40,943 bases of DNA from a virus, in IMG/VR virus record IMGVR_UViG_3300037445_000039, positions 1 to 40,943 of that record. One strand, written 5' to 3'. The translations under genes were made by a program, and so were the position numbers. Below the pieces are notes generated by a model. That model saw only the letters and a list, made by a program, of their open reading frames with translations. It did not search any database and was not told the DNA's origin. This document shows positions 33,181 to 40,943 of the stretch, in pieces. Every line of letters begins with the position of its first letter. Positions within the stretch are counted from its first letter, which is position 1.

Positions 33181-33912
33181 ATGGCGATCGCGTTCGACAC
33201 CGCCGTCGATGGTGGCAACAACACCGGCACGAGTCTGACGTGGAGTCACACCTGCACGGGCTCACTCGGGCTGTTGATCGTCGGGTTCGCGGGCGACAAC
33301 ATCGGCGGCGCGGACGATATCACCTCGGTGACCTACAACAGCGTCGCGATGACGCTGGCCGACAAGCAGGTCAATCCGAGTAGCGGTGGGGATCGCAACA
33401 CCTACCTCTACTTCCTGCTGGGGCCGGCAACCGGGGCGCACAACGTGGTGATTAGCTGCAGCGGGTCGCATCTGCTGCAGGGCGGATCAGCGAGCTATAC
33501 CGGGGTGAAGGCGAGCGGCCAGCCCGACGCGCATACGGTGAACGCGGAAACGGTCAGCAGCAATAAGACGCTGACGACGTCGGTCACAACGACAGCCGAT
33601 AACTGCTGGACGGTGCTCGTCGAGAACTGTTACGACGGCGGCACGCCGCCCGTGGCCGGCACCGGATCTACGCGGCGCACGTTCGATGCGACCAACGGCG
33701 GCTGGGGCATCTTTGACAGCAACGCCGTCGTGCATCCGGCCGGCTCGAAGAGCATGACGACGACACGCGGCAGTGATCCCTTCGGGCTGGAGATCCTGCA
33801 CGTCATGGCGAGTTTCCAGCCGGACACCGGCGCTGGCGCGACGGTGACCTATCCGCAGCTGGAACGTGGGACGCGCGGCTTGAATCGCGGGATTTGTTTG
33901 GGAGCTTACTGA
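33181..33912 (+). CDS. Putative receptor-binding / lectin-fold tail protein
   Basis: 243 aa, beta-rich. TSLTWSHTCTG...SVTYNSVAMT. Confidence 0.55.
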   Translation: MAIAFDTAVDGGNNTGTSLTWSHTCTGSLGLLIVGFAGDNIGGADDITSVTYNSVAMTLADKQVNPSSGGDRNTYLYFLLGPATGAHNVVISCSGSHLLQGGSASYTGVKASGQPDAHTVNAETVSSNKTLTTSVTTTADNCWTVLVENCYDGGTPPVAGTGSTRRTFDATNGGWGIFDSNAVVHPAGSKSMTTTRGSDPFGLEILHVMASFQPDTGAGATVTYPQLERGTRGLNRGICLGAY

Positions 33913-33913
33913 C

Positions 33914-35002
33914 GTGAGTGCGTTCATCAGCAAATACGGCGTCGCGGTGCACGTCTACATCCCGATGATCAAGCGGGGTGTGGTGGACTTCGCCGTCTCG
34001 GCTGACTGGACACCCGCGGCTGGCGACGTGAAGGTCTCGAAGGATGGCGGCGCCGCGGCGAACGTCACGAACTTGCCCGTCGCGATCACCATGGGCAACA
34101 CGGCGATGTGGGACTACTCCATGACGGCGACCGAGATGCAGGCCGCGAAGGTCATGGTCACGATCGCCGACAGCGCGACGAAGGCGGTCGAGGACAGCAT
34201 GTTCATCGTCTGGACGCACGGCAACGCCAGCGCCCAGTATCAGGTGGACCTCGCCGACTCCGTGCGCGCGGGCCTGACGGCCCTGCCGAATGCGGCGGCC
34301 GAAGCAGCGGGCGGCCTCTACACGCGCGGCTCCGGTGCGGGCCAGATCAACCAGCCGGCCAACGGGCAGATCGACGCGAACACCGTGAAGGTTGGCGGCA
34401 CGACACAGACCGCGCGCGATCTTGGCCTCAATATCGACGTGGCCACCAGCACACGGCTGGCGCCGACGGTGGCCGCGCGCACGCTCGACGTGAGTGCGGG
34501 CGGTGAAGCCGGCGTGGACTGGGCGAACGTCGGCAGCCCGACCACGGCGGTGGGCCTGACCGGAACGACGATCGCGACTTCGCAGGTCGTGGCCAGCGTG
34601 ACCGGGGCGGTCGGATCTGTCACTGGTGCGGTGGGCTCAGTCACGGGGGCCGTCGGCAGCGTCACCGGCGCCGTGGGTTCAGTGACCGGCGCGGTGGGCA
34701 GCGTCACCGCTGCGGTCGCGACGACCTCGAACGTCAAGAAGAACCAGGCGCTCGCCAGCTTCCAGTTCCTGATGACGGACTCGACGAATCACGCGCCCGC
34801 GACGGGCAAGACCGTCAGCGTCACGCGCGCGATCGACAGTGGCGCGTTTGGCGCCGGCTCGCTGAGCGCCGTGACGGAGATCGCGAACGGGCTCTATCGC
34901 GTGGACTTTGCGGCGGCCGATCTGAACGGCAACGTCATCACCCTGCGGGCCACGGCCAGCGGCTGTGACGACACGTTCGAGCGCATCGTGACGCAGCCAT
35001 GA
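33914..35002 (+). CDS. Tail fibre-like protein with a central (VTGAVGS)n heptad repeat between two related beta domains
   Basis: 362 aa. GTG start 8 nt after GGGAG. Confidence 0.7.
   Translation: MSAFISKYGVAVHVYIPMIKRGVVDFAVSADWTPAAGDVKVSKDGGAAANVTNLPVAITMGNTAMWDYSMTATEMQAAKVMVTIADSATKAVEDSMFIVWTHGNASAQYQVDLADSVRAGLTALPNAAAEAAGGLYTRGSGAGQINQPANGQIDANTVKVGGTTQTARDLGLNIDVATSTRLAPTVAARTLDVSAGGEAGVDWANVGSPTTAVGLTGTTIATSQVVASVTGAVGSVTGAVGSVTGAVGSVTGAVGSVTGAVGSVTAAVATTSNVKKNQALASFQFLMTDSTNHAPATGKTVSVTRAIDSGAFGAGSLSAVTEIANGLYRVDFAAADLNGNVITLRATASGCDDTFERIVTQP
34598..34723 (+). repeat. 21-bp coding tandem repeat: five copies encoding VTGAVGS plus one degenerate copy
   Basis: The units start at 34598, 34619, 34640, 34661, 34682 and 34703. 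The amino acids are identical across the five copies while wobble positions differ. Confidence 0.9.
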
Positions 35003-35232
35003 TCGCGACGCTCTCGAAGCAGGGCGGGCGGCGCTACCCGCAGATGCGGAGCAGCACGCCGCGGGCGCTCTGGCTCCCGAGCGTGGGCACCACCGTGGCG
35101 CCGCCGGTCATCGGACCGACACCGGCCACGCGCACAGCGATGATTCCGCCGGAGAACCGGAACGTGATCGTCGCGTCCGAGAGTCGGTCGGTGCTGGTGC
35201 CGCCGGAAAATCGCACGGTGGTGGTGAGGTAG
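34999..35232 (+). CDS. Small protein with repeated PPENR(N/T)V(I/V)V motifs
   Basis: 77 aa. ATGA coupling. Confidence 0.55.
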   Translation: MIATLSKQGGRRYPQMRSSTPRALWLPSVGTTVAPPVIGPTPATRTAMIPPENRNVIVASESRSVLVPPENRTVVVR

Positions 35233-35234
35233 GC

Positions 35235-35534
35235 ATGTCCGTCATCAAAGAGTTCGAGAAAGACCCGGCTGCGAAGAAGGACTACCTGCTGGACTGGTCG
35301 GCGTGGCTGCCGACGGGCGACACCATCAGCTCGTCTGCGTGGGCGATCGACGTGGCGCCGGATGCCTCGCTCGCAATTGCGGGCTCTCCGGCGCCCTCGA
35401 ACACGACAACGACCGCGACGGCCTGGCTCACGGGCGGGACGCTGGGCCAGCGCTATGTGCTGCGGAACCGGGTGACCACCGCCGGCGGTCGTACGGATGA
35501 CCGATCGGTGGGTATCACAGTCAAGGACTTGTGA
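35235..35534 (+). CDS. Conserved small tail-associated protein (99 aa)
   Basis: GAGG upstream. KKDYLLDWSAWLPTGDTISSSAW...GQRYVLRNRVTTAGGRTDDRSV. Confidence 0.7.
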   Translation: MSVIKEFEKDPAAKKDYLLDWSAWLPTGDTISSSAWAIDVAPDASLAIAGSPAPSNTTTTATAWLTGGTLGQRYVLRNRVTTAGGRTDDRSVGITVKDL

Positions 35535-35549
35535 CAGTACCGAATGGGG

Positions 35550-35578
35550 TTGCGGCTGAGATCTGATAGGACTAGGCT
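35550..35578 (+). promoter_or_regulatory. Candidate promoter: TTGCGG, 17-nt spacer, TAGGCT
   Basis: Lies in the 50-bp lower-GC gap. The -10 element ends 6 nt before the GTG at 35585, which has no SD. Confidence 0.35.
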
Positions 35579-35584
35579 ATCAAC

Positions 35585-36007
35585 GTGCGAGAGGGCTTTC
35601 TCACGCTCCATCAGGCGGCGGCACTCGCAGGCGTAGGGCGGAATGTCGCCTACGCCCGGGTGCTGGATGGCCGCTGGCCCTCGGCGCGCGGTCCGCGGCG
35701 CGTCTACTGGATTCCGGAAGCCGAACTGTTAGAAGCGATTCAGCGCGAACGGGACGAGGCCGCGCGACAAGCGTTGATCGTGCCGCCCACCGCCGAACGG
35801 ATCCTGCGCGAACTCAGTGACGTGATCTGGGTCATCGAACAGACCATGCGCATGGAGGGCGCCTCGTGGATGGAGGCGCAGGAGCGACTCCGCATCCTGC
35901 GTGCGAGTGCGGTCCATCTAGCCGAGCACGCGCAACGAGCCGCCATCCGCCGCGCCATGAAGGGACAGGGACATGAGGCTGATCCTCCCGCTGATCGCGC
36001 TGCTTAG
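35585..36007 (+). CDS. Second excisionase/MerR-like HTH_17 DNA-binding protein
   Basis: 140 aa. LTLHQAAALAGVGRNVAYARVLDGRWPSARGPRRVYWIPEAEL. Confidence 0.6.
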   Translation: MREGFLTLHQAAALAGVGRNVAYARVLDGRWPSARGPRRVYWIPEAELLEAIQRERDEAARQALIVPPTAERILRELSDVIWVIEQTMRMEGASWMEAQERLRILRASAVHLAEHAQRAAIRRAMKGQGHEADPPADRAA

Positions 36008-36614
36008 TCTCGCCGGTCAGGCGCAGGCGCTGTCGGTGACGGGTGCCACGTCCTCGACGGTGACGCTGGCGTGGGACGCCAATACCGAGCCCGACGTGGA
36101 CACCTACGTCGTGCAGCAGGCGACGAATGCGGCCGGTCCCTTCAGCACCTCGCTGACGACGGCGGCGACGGCAGGGGTCGTGGCGGGCTTGGCACCGGGG
36201 AACACGTACTACTTCGTGGTGCGGGCCATCAACACGCGCGGGTTCTGGTCGTCACCGTCCAACGTCGTCTCGATCACGCTGCCGGGACAGGGCATCGATG
36301 TGTGCGCGCCCATCACCGGGCAGTACGCCATTTCGATCTTCCCGACCTCGCTGCTGAAGACCGGCAGCGGAGGTGCGAACAGTAAGACTCGGTTTGACTT
36401 TCAGGTGTCCTCGCCGAACAGCCCGGTCACCTCGATCATCATCAAAGGCGGCAGCACGGTGCTGTCCAGCATGGCCGGGAGCGATCTCGGCGCGCTCGCG
36501 GGGATGTGGTTTGCGATGCCCACCAGCGGGACGTACACCCTGAGCGTCCTCGCGGCCAACAGTCAGGGCTGCACGCGCGCCGTGTCGTACAACGTGCCGC
36601 TGGTGGTGCCGTGA
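35973..36614 (+). CDS. Secreted protein: Sec signal peptide, fibronectin type III domain and a second beta domain
   Basis: MRLILPLIALLSLAGQAQA then LS. LAWDANTEPDVDTYVVQQ...GNTYYFVVRAIN is an FN3 signature. Confidence 0.75.
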   Translation: MRLILPLIALLSLAGQAQALSVTGATSSTVTLAWDANTEPDVDTYVVQQATNAAGPFSTSLTTAATAGVVAGLAPGNTYYFVVRAINTRGFWSSPSNVVSITLPGQGIDVCAPITGQYAISIFPTSLLKTGSGGANSKTRFDFQVSSPNSPVTSIIIKGGSTVLSSMAGSDLGALAGMWFAMPTSGTYTLSVLAANSQGCTRAVSYNVPLVVP

Positions 36615-36621
36615 GGATCCC

Positions 36622-36948
36622 ATGCGTATTGATGTCTACGTTCACGCCTCCGATGACCCCGTCACATCCCTGTTGACGAAGGTCACGGCGGCCCTTCAGA
36701 AGATGGAGCAGACGATGAGTGCATTGAGCGACAAGATCGACGCCCTGACCGATGAGGTCACGCAGATGAAGACGGTGGAGCAGAGTGCGGTCACCCTGCT
36801 GAACGGCCTCACGGCCATCATCGCCGACCTGAAGAACGGCGTCACGGACCCGGCCGTGCTCGCGAAGATCGACGCGGCGGTGGCTGCGCTCGATGCCGCG
36901 AAGAACGATCTGGCCGCCGGGATCTCGGCCAACACGCCCGCAGCCTAA
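36622..36948 (+). CDS. Coiled-coil protein (108 aa)
   Basis: GAGGA upstream. Confidence 0.65.
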   Translation: MRIDVYVHASDDPVTSLLTKVTAALQKMEQTMSALSDKIDALTDEVTQMKTVEQSAVTLLNGLTAIIADLKNGVTDPAVLAKIDAAVAALDAAKNDLAAGISANTPAA

Positions 36949-36952
36949 GCCT

Positions 36953-38209
36953 GTGGCGATCTGGACCGCCCCCTTCGCCGACGGCTGGAACGCCGAGCAG
37001 AACTCGCGCGGCGATCTCGGCTGCGGCGGGGGTGGGACCCGTACCGATCCGCCGATGGTGCGGCTCATCTCGGCCGACCGGCAGCGCGTCGTCGAGATCG
37101 GTCCCGGCCGCGCGGCGGGCTGGCTGAATGACGTGCTCTTCGCCTACCGGCCCGAGGGCACCGACGATCTCTGGGTCGCCTCGTTCGAGGTGCCCCCCTC
37201 CCTGCTGGCGTCGGACGCGGGCGGCAACACCATGCGGGCCGCTGATGGTCACTGGATGGCGGTGCGCGCCCAAGAGGGCCTCGCGGTGGTCTGGTACGAC
37301 GACCATCTGCTGTTCTCCGGCCGTGGCTATGACGGCGGCGCGGTGGCTGGCGAACAGTTGATCCACGTCGGCGTGGACGATGACGGCTGGCCGCAGTTCT
37401 GGCACTACACCGGCGGCGCGATCAAACGGAAGGTGCGCATCCCGGCGAGCGGGAACGCGCTCACGCTCGACGCGCAAGGGAACGTCGGCAGCGGCTACAA
37501 CAGCGAGTCGTGGTTCTCGCGTGCCGGCGCCACCGCGAATGAACTCGTGACGGTCACACCGTGGCGGCAGGAAAGCCCGCCGGTGCCCGTGCAGGCACCG
37601 GACGGCACGCTCTGGCTGTGGACCGCCACTACCAGCCCCGGCGGTCGCTCGCTCGTCCTGGGGCGACCCTACGGCGCGCAGGACTGCATTGTCGTGGACT
37701 TGGTCGCGGCGTGGCTGCGCGTGCGGCCCATCGGCGAGCTGTGGTCGATCGTCGCCGTGGACGGCGGCGGCCAACTGCGCACGACGACCGTGCCGCTGAC
37801 GGAGGCGCGCCGGCCGGTGCCGCGTGATGTGATCACGCCACCGCCACCCCCGCCGCCACCCGATCCTATTCCGATCCCGAATCCGCCCAAACCGCCGGAG
37901 CCCAAGATGGTGACCCCGCAGCAGATTCTTGCCTCGGCCCAACGGTGGCCGTGGGATTTCGACGTGCAGTTCCTCGCGCGCTTTCGCGATAACGTCTGGC
38001 TCCGCGATCAGGGCGGCGACGTCCCGAGCCGCGGCGCGCTGGCCTACTACCATCGCGGCATCAATGCGGCATTCGTGCAGCGCTGCATCGAGGTGGGTCA
38101 CGACCTCGTCTCGCCGGACGACTGGGGCCCGGTGTTTGAACGCGGCACGCGCGATGCCCTGGCCGCCTACAAACGCGAGCAGGGCCCGGGCCCCGAGGAC
38201 CCCCAGTAG
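36953..38209 (+). CDS. Two-domain protein: beta-rich N-domain, poly-Pro linker and an alpha-helical C-domain
   Basis: The start is uncertain (GTG at 36953 or ATG at 37055). Linker sequence PPPPPPPPDPIPIPNPPKPPEP. Confidence 0.6.
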   Translation: MAIWTAPFADGWNAEQNSRGDLGCGGGGTRTDPPMVRLISADRQRVVEIGPGRAAGWLNDVLFAYRPEGTDDLWVASFEVPPSLLASDAGGNTMRAADGHWMAVRAQEGLAVVWYDDHLLFSGRGYDGGAVAGEQLIHVGVDDDGWPQFWHYTGGAIKRKVRIPASGNALTLDAQGNVGSGYNSESWFSRAGATANELVTVTPWRQESPPVPVQAPDGTLWLWTATTSPGGRSLVLGRPYGAQDCIVVDLVAAWLRVRPIGELWSIVAVDGGGQLRTTTVPLTEARRPVPRDVITPPPPPPPPDPIPIPNPPKPPEPKMVTPQQILASAQRWPWDFDVQFLARFRDNVWLRDQGGDVPSRGALAYYHRGINAAFVQRCIEVGHDLVSPDDWGPVFERGTRDALAAYKREQGPGPEDPQ

Positions 38210-38298
38210 ACCCACCAGATCCAGGCGTCCCGCCTGTTGGGTCGATTCAGGGACGGTTCCGCATCGAGAACGGTCGCCCGCGTGACGATGCCGGTTAT

Positions 38299-39384
38299 AT
38301 GACTGTGCGCGCAATCAGCGAGTTCTCGTTTATCCACCTCGCACGCACCGGTAATCTCGCCGAGGTGCAGCGACGGTTGACCCGCGCCGTCACGGTGGGC
38401 CGCCGCAACTTCGTGCGCGTCTTTGCGCGGGCGAAGAACCTCTTCAATCTCGACGACACGCTGGATAATTACTGGCCGGCCGGCGATCAGGCGCTGGATC
38501 TCGCGGCAGCGGCAGGAGTCCGGACGCTCCTCTCGCTTGGGCAGGACACGACCGGCATGTCCTGGGACGAATTCGTCACGTTTGTGATGGCCTGTGTTGA
38601 CCGCTGGGGCCACCGCCCTGATATGACCCTGCAGTTGTTCAATGAGCCAGGGCTTCGGGACCAGGCGATCGTATCGGGTGCCGACGACCCGGACCTCCTC
38701 AGGCTGGCGGATCGCGTTGCAGATCGGCTCGGCCATCGTGATTTTCTCATCGGCGATGTCCTCGACGACGACAACCCGGATGCGTCCGCCGACATCGTGG
38801 CGCGCTACGTCACGATTGCGAAGCATGCCAACATCCTGAATAGGCATCCCTCGCGTAAGGGCGACGCGCAGCCGGACGGCGACCGCTTTCGCCGCTGGAT
38901 CGACCATCAGGAAGGCTCCTACGACATCGTCTCAGAGGCTCGCAAGGTCAATTCAGACGCGTGGATGTGGATCGATGAGGCGATGGGCTTCGCAGGCTCG
39001 CCGGTCGTCGCGGGCCATGTCCGAGAAACGGATCCTGAAGCCGCTGTTGCGGGCGAAGCGACCGCCCTCGCCGCCGAATGTGGCTGGTGCTTCCACTACA
39101 TCAGTGAGCAGGATGACAACGTCGAGGCGTGTCTTGCTCAACTCGGCCCGGTGACGGAACAGTTCCCCGCCGATCCGTCGTACGCGTACCACAACGATAG
39201 CTGGCAGGGCTCGGCCACTCGCGGCTTCACGCCGGGCGGCAAGATGCGCTCTCTGGTCAATGGACGGGATGGCGTGGTGCTCGGAGATGGGACAGTCAAA
39301 CCCTCGCCAACATGGGCGAATGGTTATGGGCCTGACGGACAGCTCTTCAACGGCGCACACGTGGATATCTGGCATGTCTCGTAA
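38299..39384 (+). CDS. TIM-barrel glycoside hydrolase, clan GH-A (GH5-like); candidate polysaccharide depolymerase
   Basis: 361 aa. LQLFNEPG (acid/base NEP motif) and WMWIDEAMGF (candidate nucleophile Glu). Confidence 0.6.
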   Translation: MTVRAISEFSFIHLARTGNLAEVQRRLTRAVTVGRRNFVRVFARAKNLFNLDDTLDNYWPAGDQALDLAAAAGVRTLLSLGQDTTGMSWDEFVTFVMACVDRWGHRPDMTLQLFNEPGLRDQAIVSGADDPDLLRLADRVADRLGHRDFLIGDVLDDDNPDASADIVARYVTIAKHANILNRHPSRKGDAQPDGDRFRRWIDHQEGSYDIVSEARKVNSDAWMWIDEAMGFAGSPVVAGHVRETDPEAAVAGEATALAAECGWCFHYISEQDDNVEACLAQLGPVTEQFPADPSYAYHNDSWQGSATRGFTPGGKMRSLVNGRDGVVLGDGTVKPSPTWANGYGPDGQLFNGAHVDIWHVS

Positions 39385-39994
39385 GAGGAGCAAGAACGCG
39401 CTCGGTCGGCCAGCCATGCTCGACACGACTCATGATCGTGCCGTAATTCAGGCCGGTGACCGCCGCCCATTCTGCAGGGCTCATCGTCCGCCCGTTGTGA
39501 GTGAGGCGCACGCAGGCGCGCCTATTTCTCGCCTGTTGCAGCGCGGTCGCCCAGCGACAATTGCCCGGTTCGTAATTGCCGTCGTTGTCAATGCGATCGA
39601 TCGAGTGGCGGCGAGACGGACGCGGCCCCATATCCTTGATGAAGGCAGCCAGCGAATCGCGCCACCGCTGGCATACCGTGATGCCGCGCGCGCCGTAGTT
39701 CTTATAGACCGGCAGGTTCGCGTTGTAGCAACGGTCCTGAATCGCACGCCACGCTTGATATTCCGGTGTCTTCGAGAGGCCGTGCCTGGAGTTGATCTGT
39801 CGGGTCACTTCCGAATGGAGGCATCCGCAGCTCTGAGTCGTGCCGTTGCGAAGATTCCCCAACTGCGCGATCGATTCACCGCCGCAATCACAGCGACAAC
39901 GCCACAGCTTATTCCGGGATGGCGTCATGCCTTCGTACGAGACGACAGTGAGGCGGCCGTATCGGTGGCCGGTCAGGTCCATTCTTGGTGGCAT
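39347..39994 (-). CDS. HNH-like / homing-endonuclease-like DNA-binding protein
   Basis: 215 aa. WRCRCDCGG...SCGC zinc ribbon. YGARGITVCQRW...SIDRIDNDGNYEPGNCRWAT. The only late-region gene on the minus strand. Confidence 0.7.
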   Translation of the reverse strand: MPPRMDLTGHRYGRLTVVSYEGMTPSRNKLWRCRCDCGGESIAQLGNLRNGTTQSCGCLHSEVTRQINSRHGLSKTPEYQAWRAIQDRCYNANLPVYKNYGARGITVCQRWRDSLAAFIKDMGPRPSRRHSIDRIDNDGNYEPGNCRWATALQQARNRRACVRLTHNGRTMSPAEWAAVTGLNYGTIMSRVEHGWPTERVLAPLTRHARYPRVRR

Positions 39995-40053
39995 CTGATC
40001 CTATTCTACTACGGCCATTCCGGAATAAAACACTATCTAACTTGGAGCGCTGA

Positions 40054-40239
40054 ATGACTCTCATCGGCCTGCTCATCACTGTCATCATCCTGGGGCTGAT
40101 CTACTGGGCGGTGCTGCAACTGCCGCTTCCCGCACCGTTCGGGACGGTCGTACACATCATCTTCGTGATCATCCTGATCCTGATTCTCGTCCAGGCGCTG
40201 GGCGTCTACGGCGGTGGGCCGCTCATTCTGAGGCGCTGA
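40054..40239 (+). CDS. Holin-like small membrane protein (two TM helices)
   Basis: 61 aa. GGAG lies 7 nt upstream. Very hydrophobic with a charged C-terminus (LILRR). Confidence 0.7.
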   Translation: MTLIGLLITVIILGLIYWAVLQLPLPAPFGTVVHIIFVIILILILVQALGVYGGGPLILRR

Positions 40240-40241
40240 CC

Positions 40242-40694
40242 ATGGCCTCGTCTGACTGGACCTTCGAGACGCTGAAGGAATACCTGGACGAGAAGATCCG
40301 TGGCGTCGATGTCAAGGTCGAAAGCAACGACAAGCGCTACGCGGCCGTCTTCAATGCGCAAGAAAAGGCCACGGTCGCCGCCTTGGCCGCCGCCGAGAAG
40401 GCCACGACCAAGGCGGAAGAAACCGCGGCCAAGAAGGCCGACGCGCAGAACGAATGGCGACAGGCCATGAACGATCGCGAGCGCATCCTGATGCCGCGAC
40501 TCGAACAGGAGAGCCTCAACCGGTCGATCGACGTGCGCGTCACCGCCCTGGAGCAACTGCGATTTCAACAGGCTGGTCAAGGGACTGGCACGCAAGCGGG
40601 ATGGATGTGGGCCGTCGGGGCCGTCGGGCTGATCCTCACGGTGATCACCATCGTGGCCGCCGCGATGGCGCTGATGCGGCAGCTCCATCCGTGA
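40242..40694 (+). CDS. Tail-anchored coiled-coil membrane protein
   Basis: 150 aa. C-terminal WMWAVGAVGLILTVITIVAAAMAL. Confidence 0.7.
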   Translation: MASSDWTFETLKEYLDEKIRGVDVKVESNDKRYAAVFNAQEKATVAALAAAEKATTKAEETAAKKADAQNEWRQAMNDRERILMPRLEQESLNRSIDVRVTALEQLRFQQAGQGTGTQAGWMWAVGAVGLILTVITIVAAAMALMRQLHP

Positions 40695-40723
40695 TGAACA
40701 CGAACGAAGGACGCTAGGAGACC

Positions 40724-40885
40724 ATGCACATCGACCTCGGCCCCATCCTCGCGAAGCTGCTGCCGCTGCTGCTGCCGGAGCTGAAGCCCATCCTGAAACA
40801 GATCATCCTCGACCATCTGGACGAGTGGCTCGATGAGTTGATCAAGGTCGCCGAGCAGGCCGCTACCCCGAAGACCGGCGCATGA
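40724..40885 (+). CDS. 53-aa amphipathic protein of the lysis cassette
   Basis: AGGAG upstream. ATGA-coupled to the peptidase gene. Below the length cut-off of the ORF track. Confidence 0.5.
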   Translation: MHIDLGPILAKLLPLLLPELKPILKQIILDHLDEWLDELIKVAEQAATPKTGA

Positions 40886-40943
40886 GCGACACGCCCCCGG
40901 TTGCGGCGATTCTCCCCGGCGACGTCCTACTCTACGCCGGCAC
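40817..40943. repeat. Terminal direct repeat, copy 2 (identical to 1-127)
   Basis: See copy 1. Confidence 0.97.

Larger units (their letters stand above)
1..40943. mobile_element. Complete temperate phage genome (podovirus-like architecture), assembled as a circle
   Basis: Integrase plus attP, CI/Cro-like switch, Bet/RusA, TerL, portal, capsid, tail and lysis genes in canonical order. The two ends are identical. Confidence 0.9.

Noticed and set aside
33181-35534. A diversity-generating retroelement targeting the lectin-like or fibre genes.
   Set aside because: No reverse transcriptase gene is present, and no template/variable repeat pair of about 100 bp was seen anywhere in the window.
1-40943. 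CRISPR arrays, IS elements and transposases.
   Set aside because: No regularly spaced repeats of 25-40 bp, no terminal inverted repeats flanking a transposase-like ORF, and no DDE or serine recombinase motifs were seen.

Overview
The window is a complete temperate tailed-phage genome with about 65% GC. Bases 1-127 are identical to 40817-40943, so the molecule was assembled as a circle with 40,816 bp of unique sequence. Almost all genes are on the + strand and are tightly packed, often with ATGA or TAATG start/stop overlaps and AGGAG-type ribosome binding sites. Real reading frames have about 90% G/C at codon position 3; the long antisense ORFs in the track are high-GC shadow ORFs. Gene order: (1) Lysogeny module: an attP built on the 3' half of tRNA-Arg(CCG) and flanked by five GTGCCCCG arm repeats, then on the minus strand a tyrosine integrase, two small membrane proteins and a CI-like repressor. 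(2) Early operon: a divergent Cro-like switch with a strong sigma70-type promoter, an HNH endonuclease, an Xis-like HTH protein, a Bet/RecT recombinase, a DEDD exonuclease, RusA and many small ORFs. (3) Packaging and head: a TerS candidate, TerL, portal, a PadR-like regulator, scaffold, major capsid protein with a TTG start, and a decoration-like protein. (4) Podovirus-like tail: adaptor and nozzle candidates, a block of five ejection-type proteins, no tape measure, and fibre/receptor-binding genes that include a 21-bp coding tandem repeat. (5) Accessory genes: an HTH regulator plus a secreted FN3 protein, a clan GH-A-like hydrolase, and a minus-strand HNH-like gene. (6) A lysis cassette that runs across the circular junction and ends in a permuted NlpC/P60-type peptidase. 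The least explained parts are three large ORF-free gaps at 8498-9104, 11625-12085 and 13106-13556. They carry iterons, phased GTAC motifs, alternative helices, a promoter-plus-terminator unit with no ORF, and a recurrent GGTTAT.T.ACT motif. No replication initiator, helicase, primase or polymerase is recognisable. All functional calls rest on motifs read by eye; no database search was possible.
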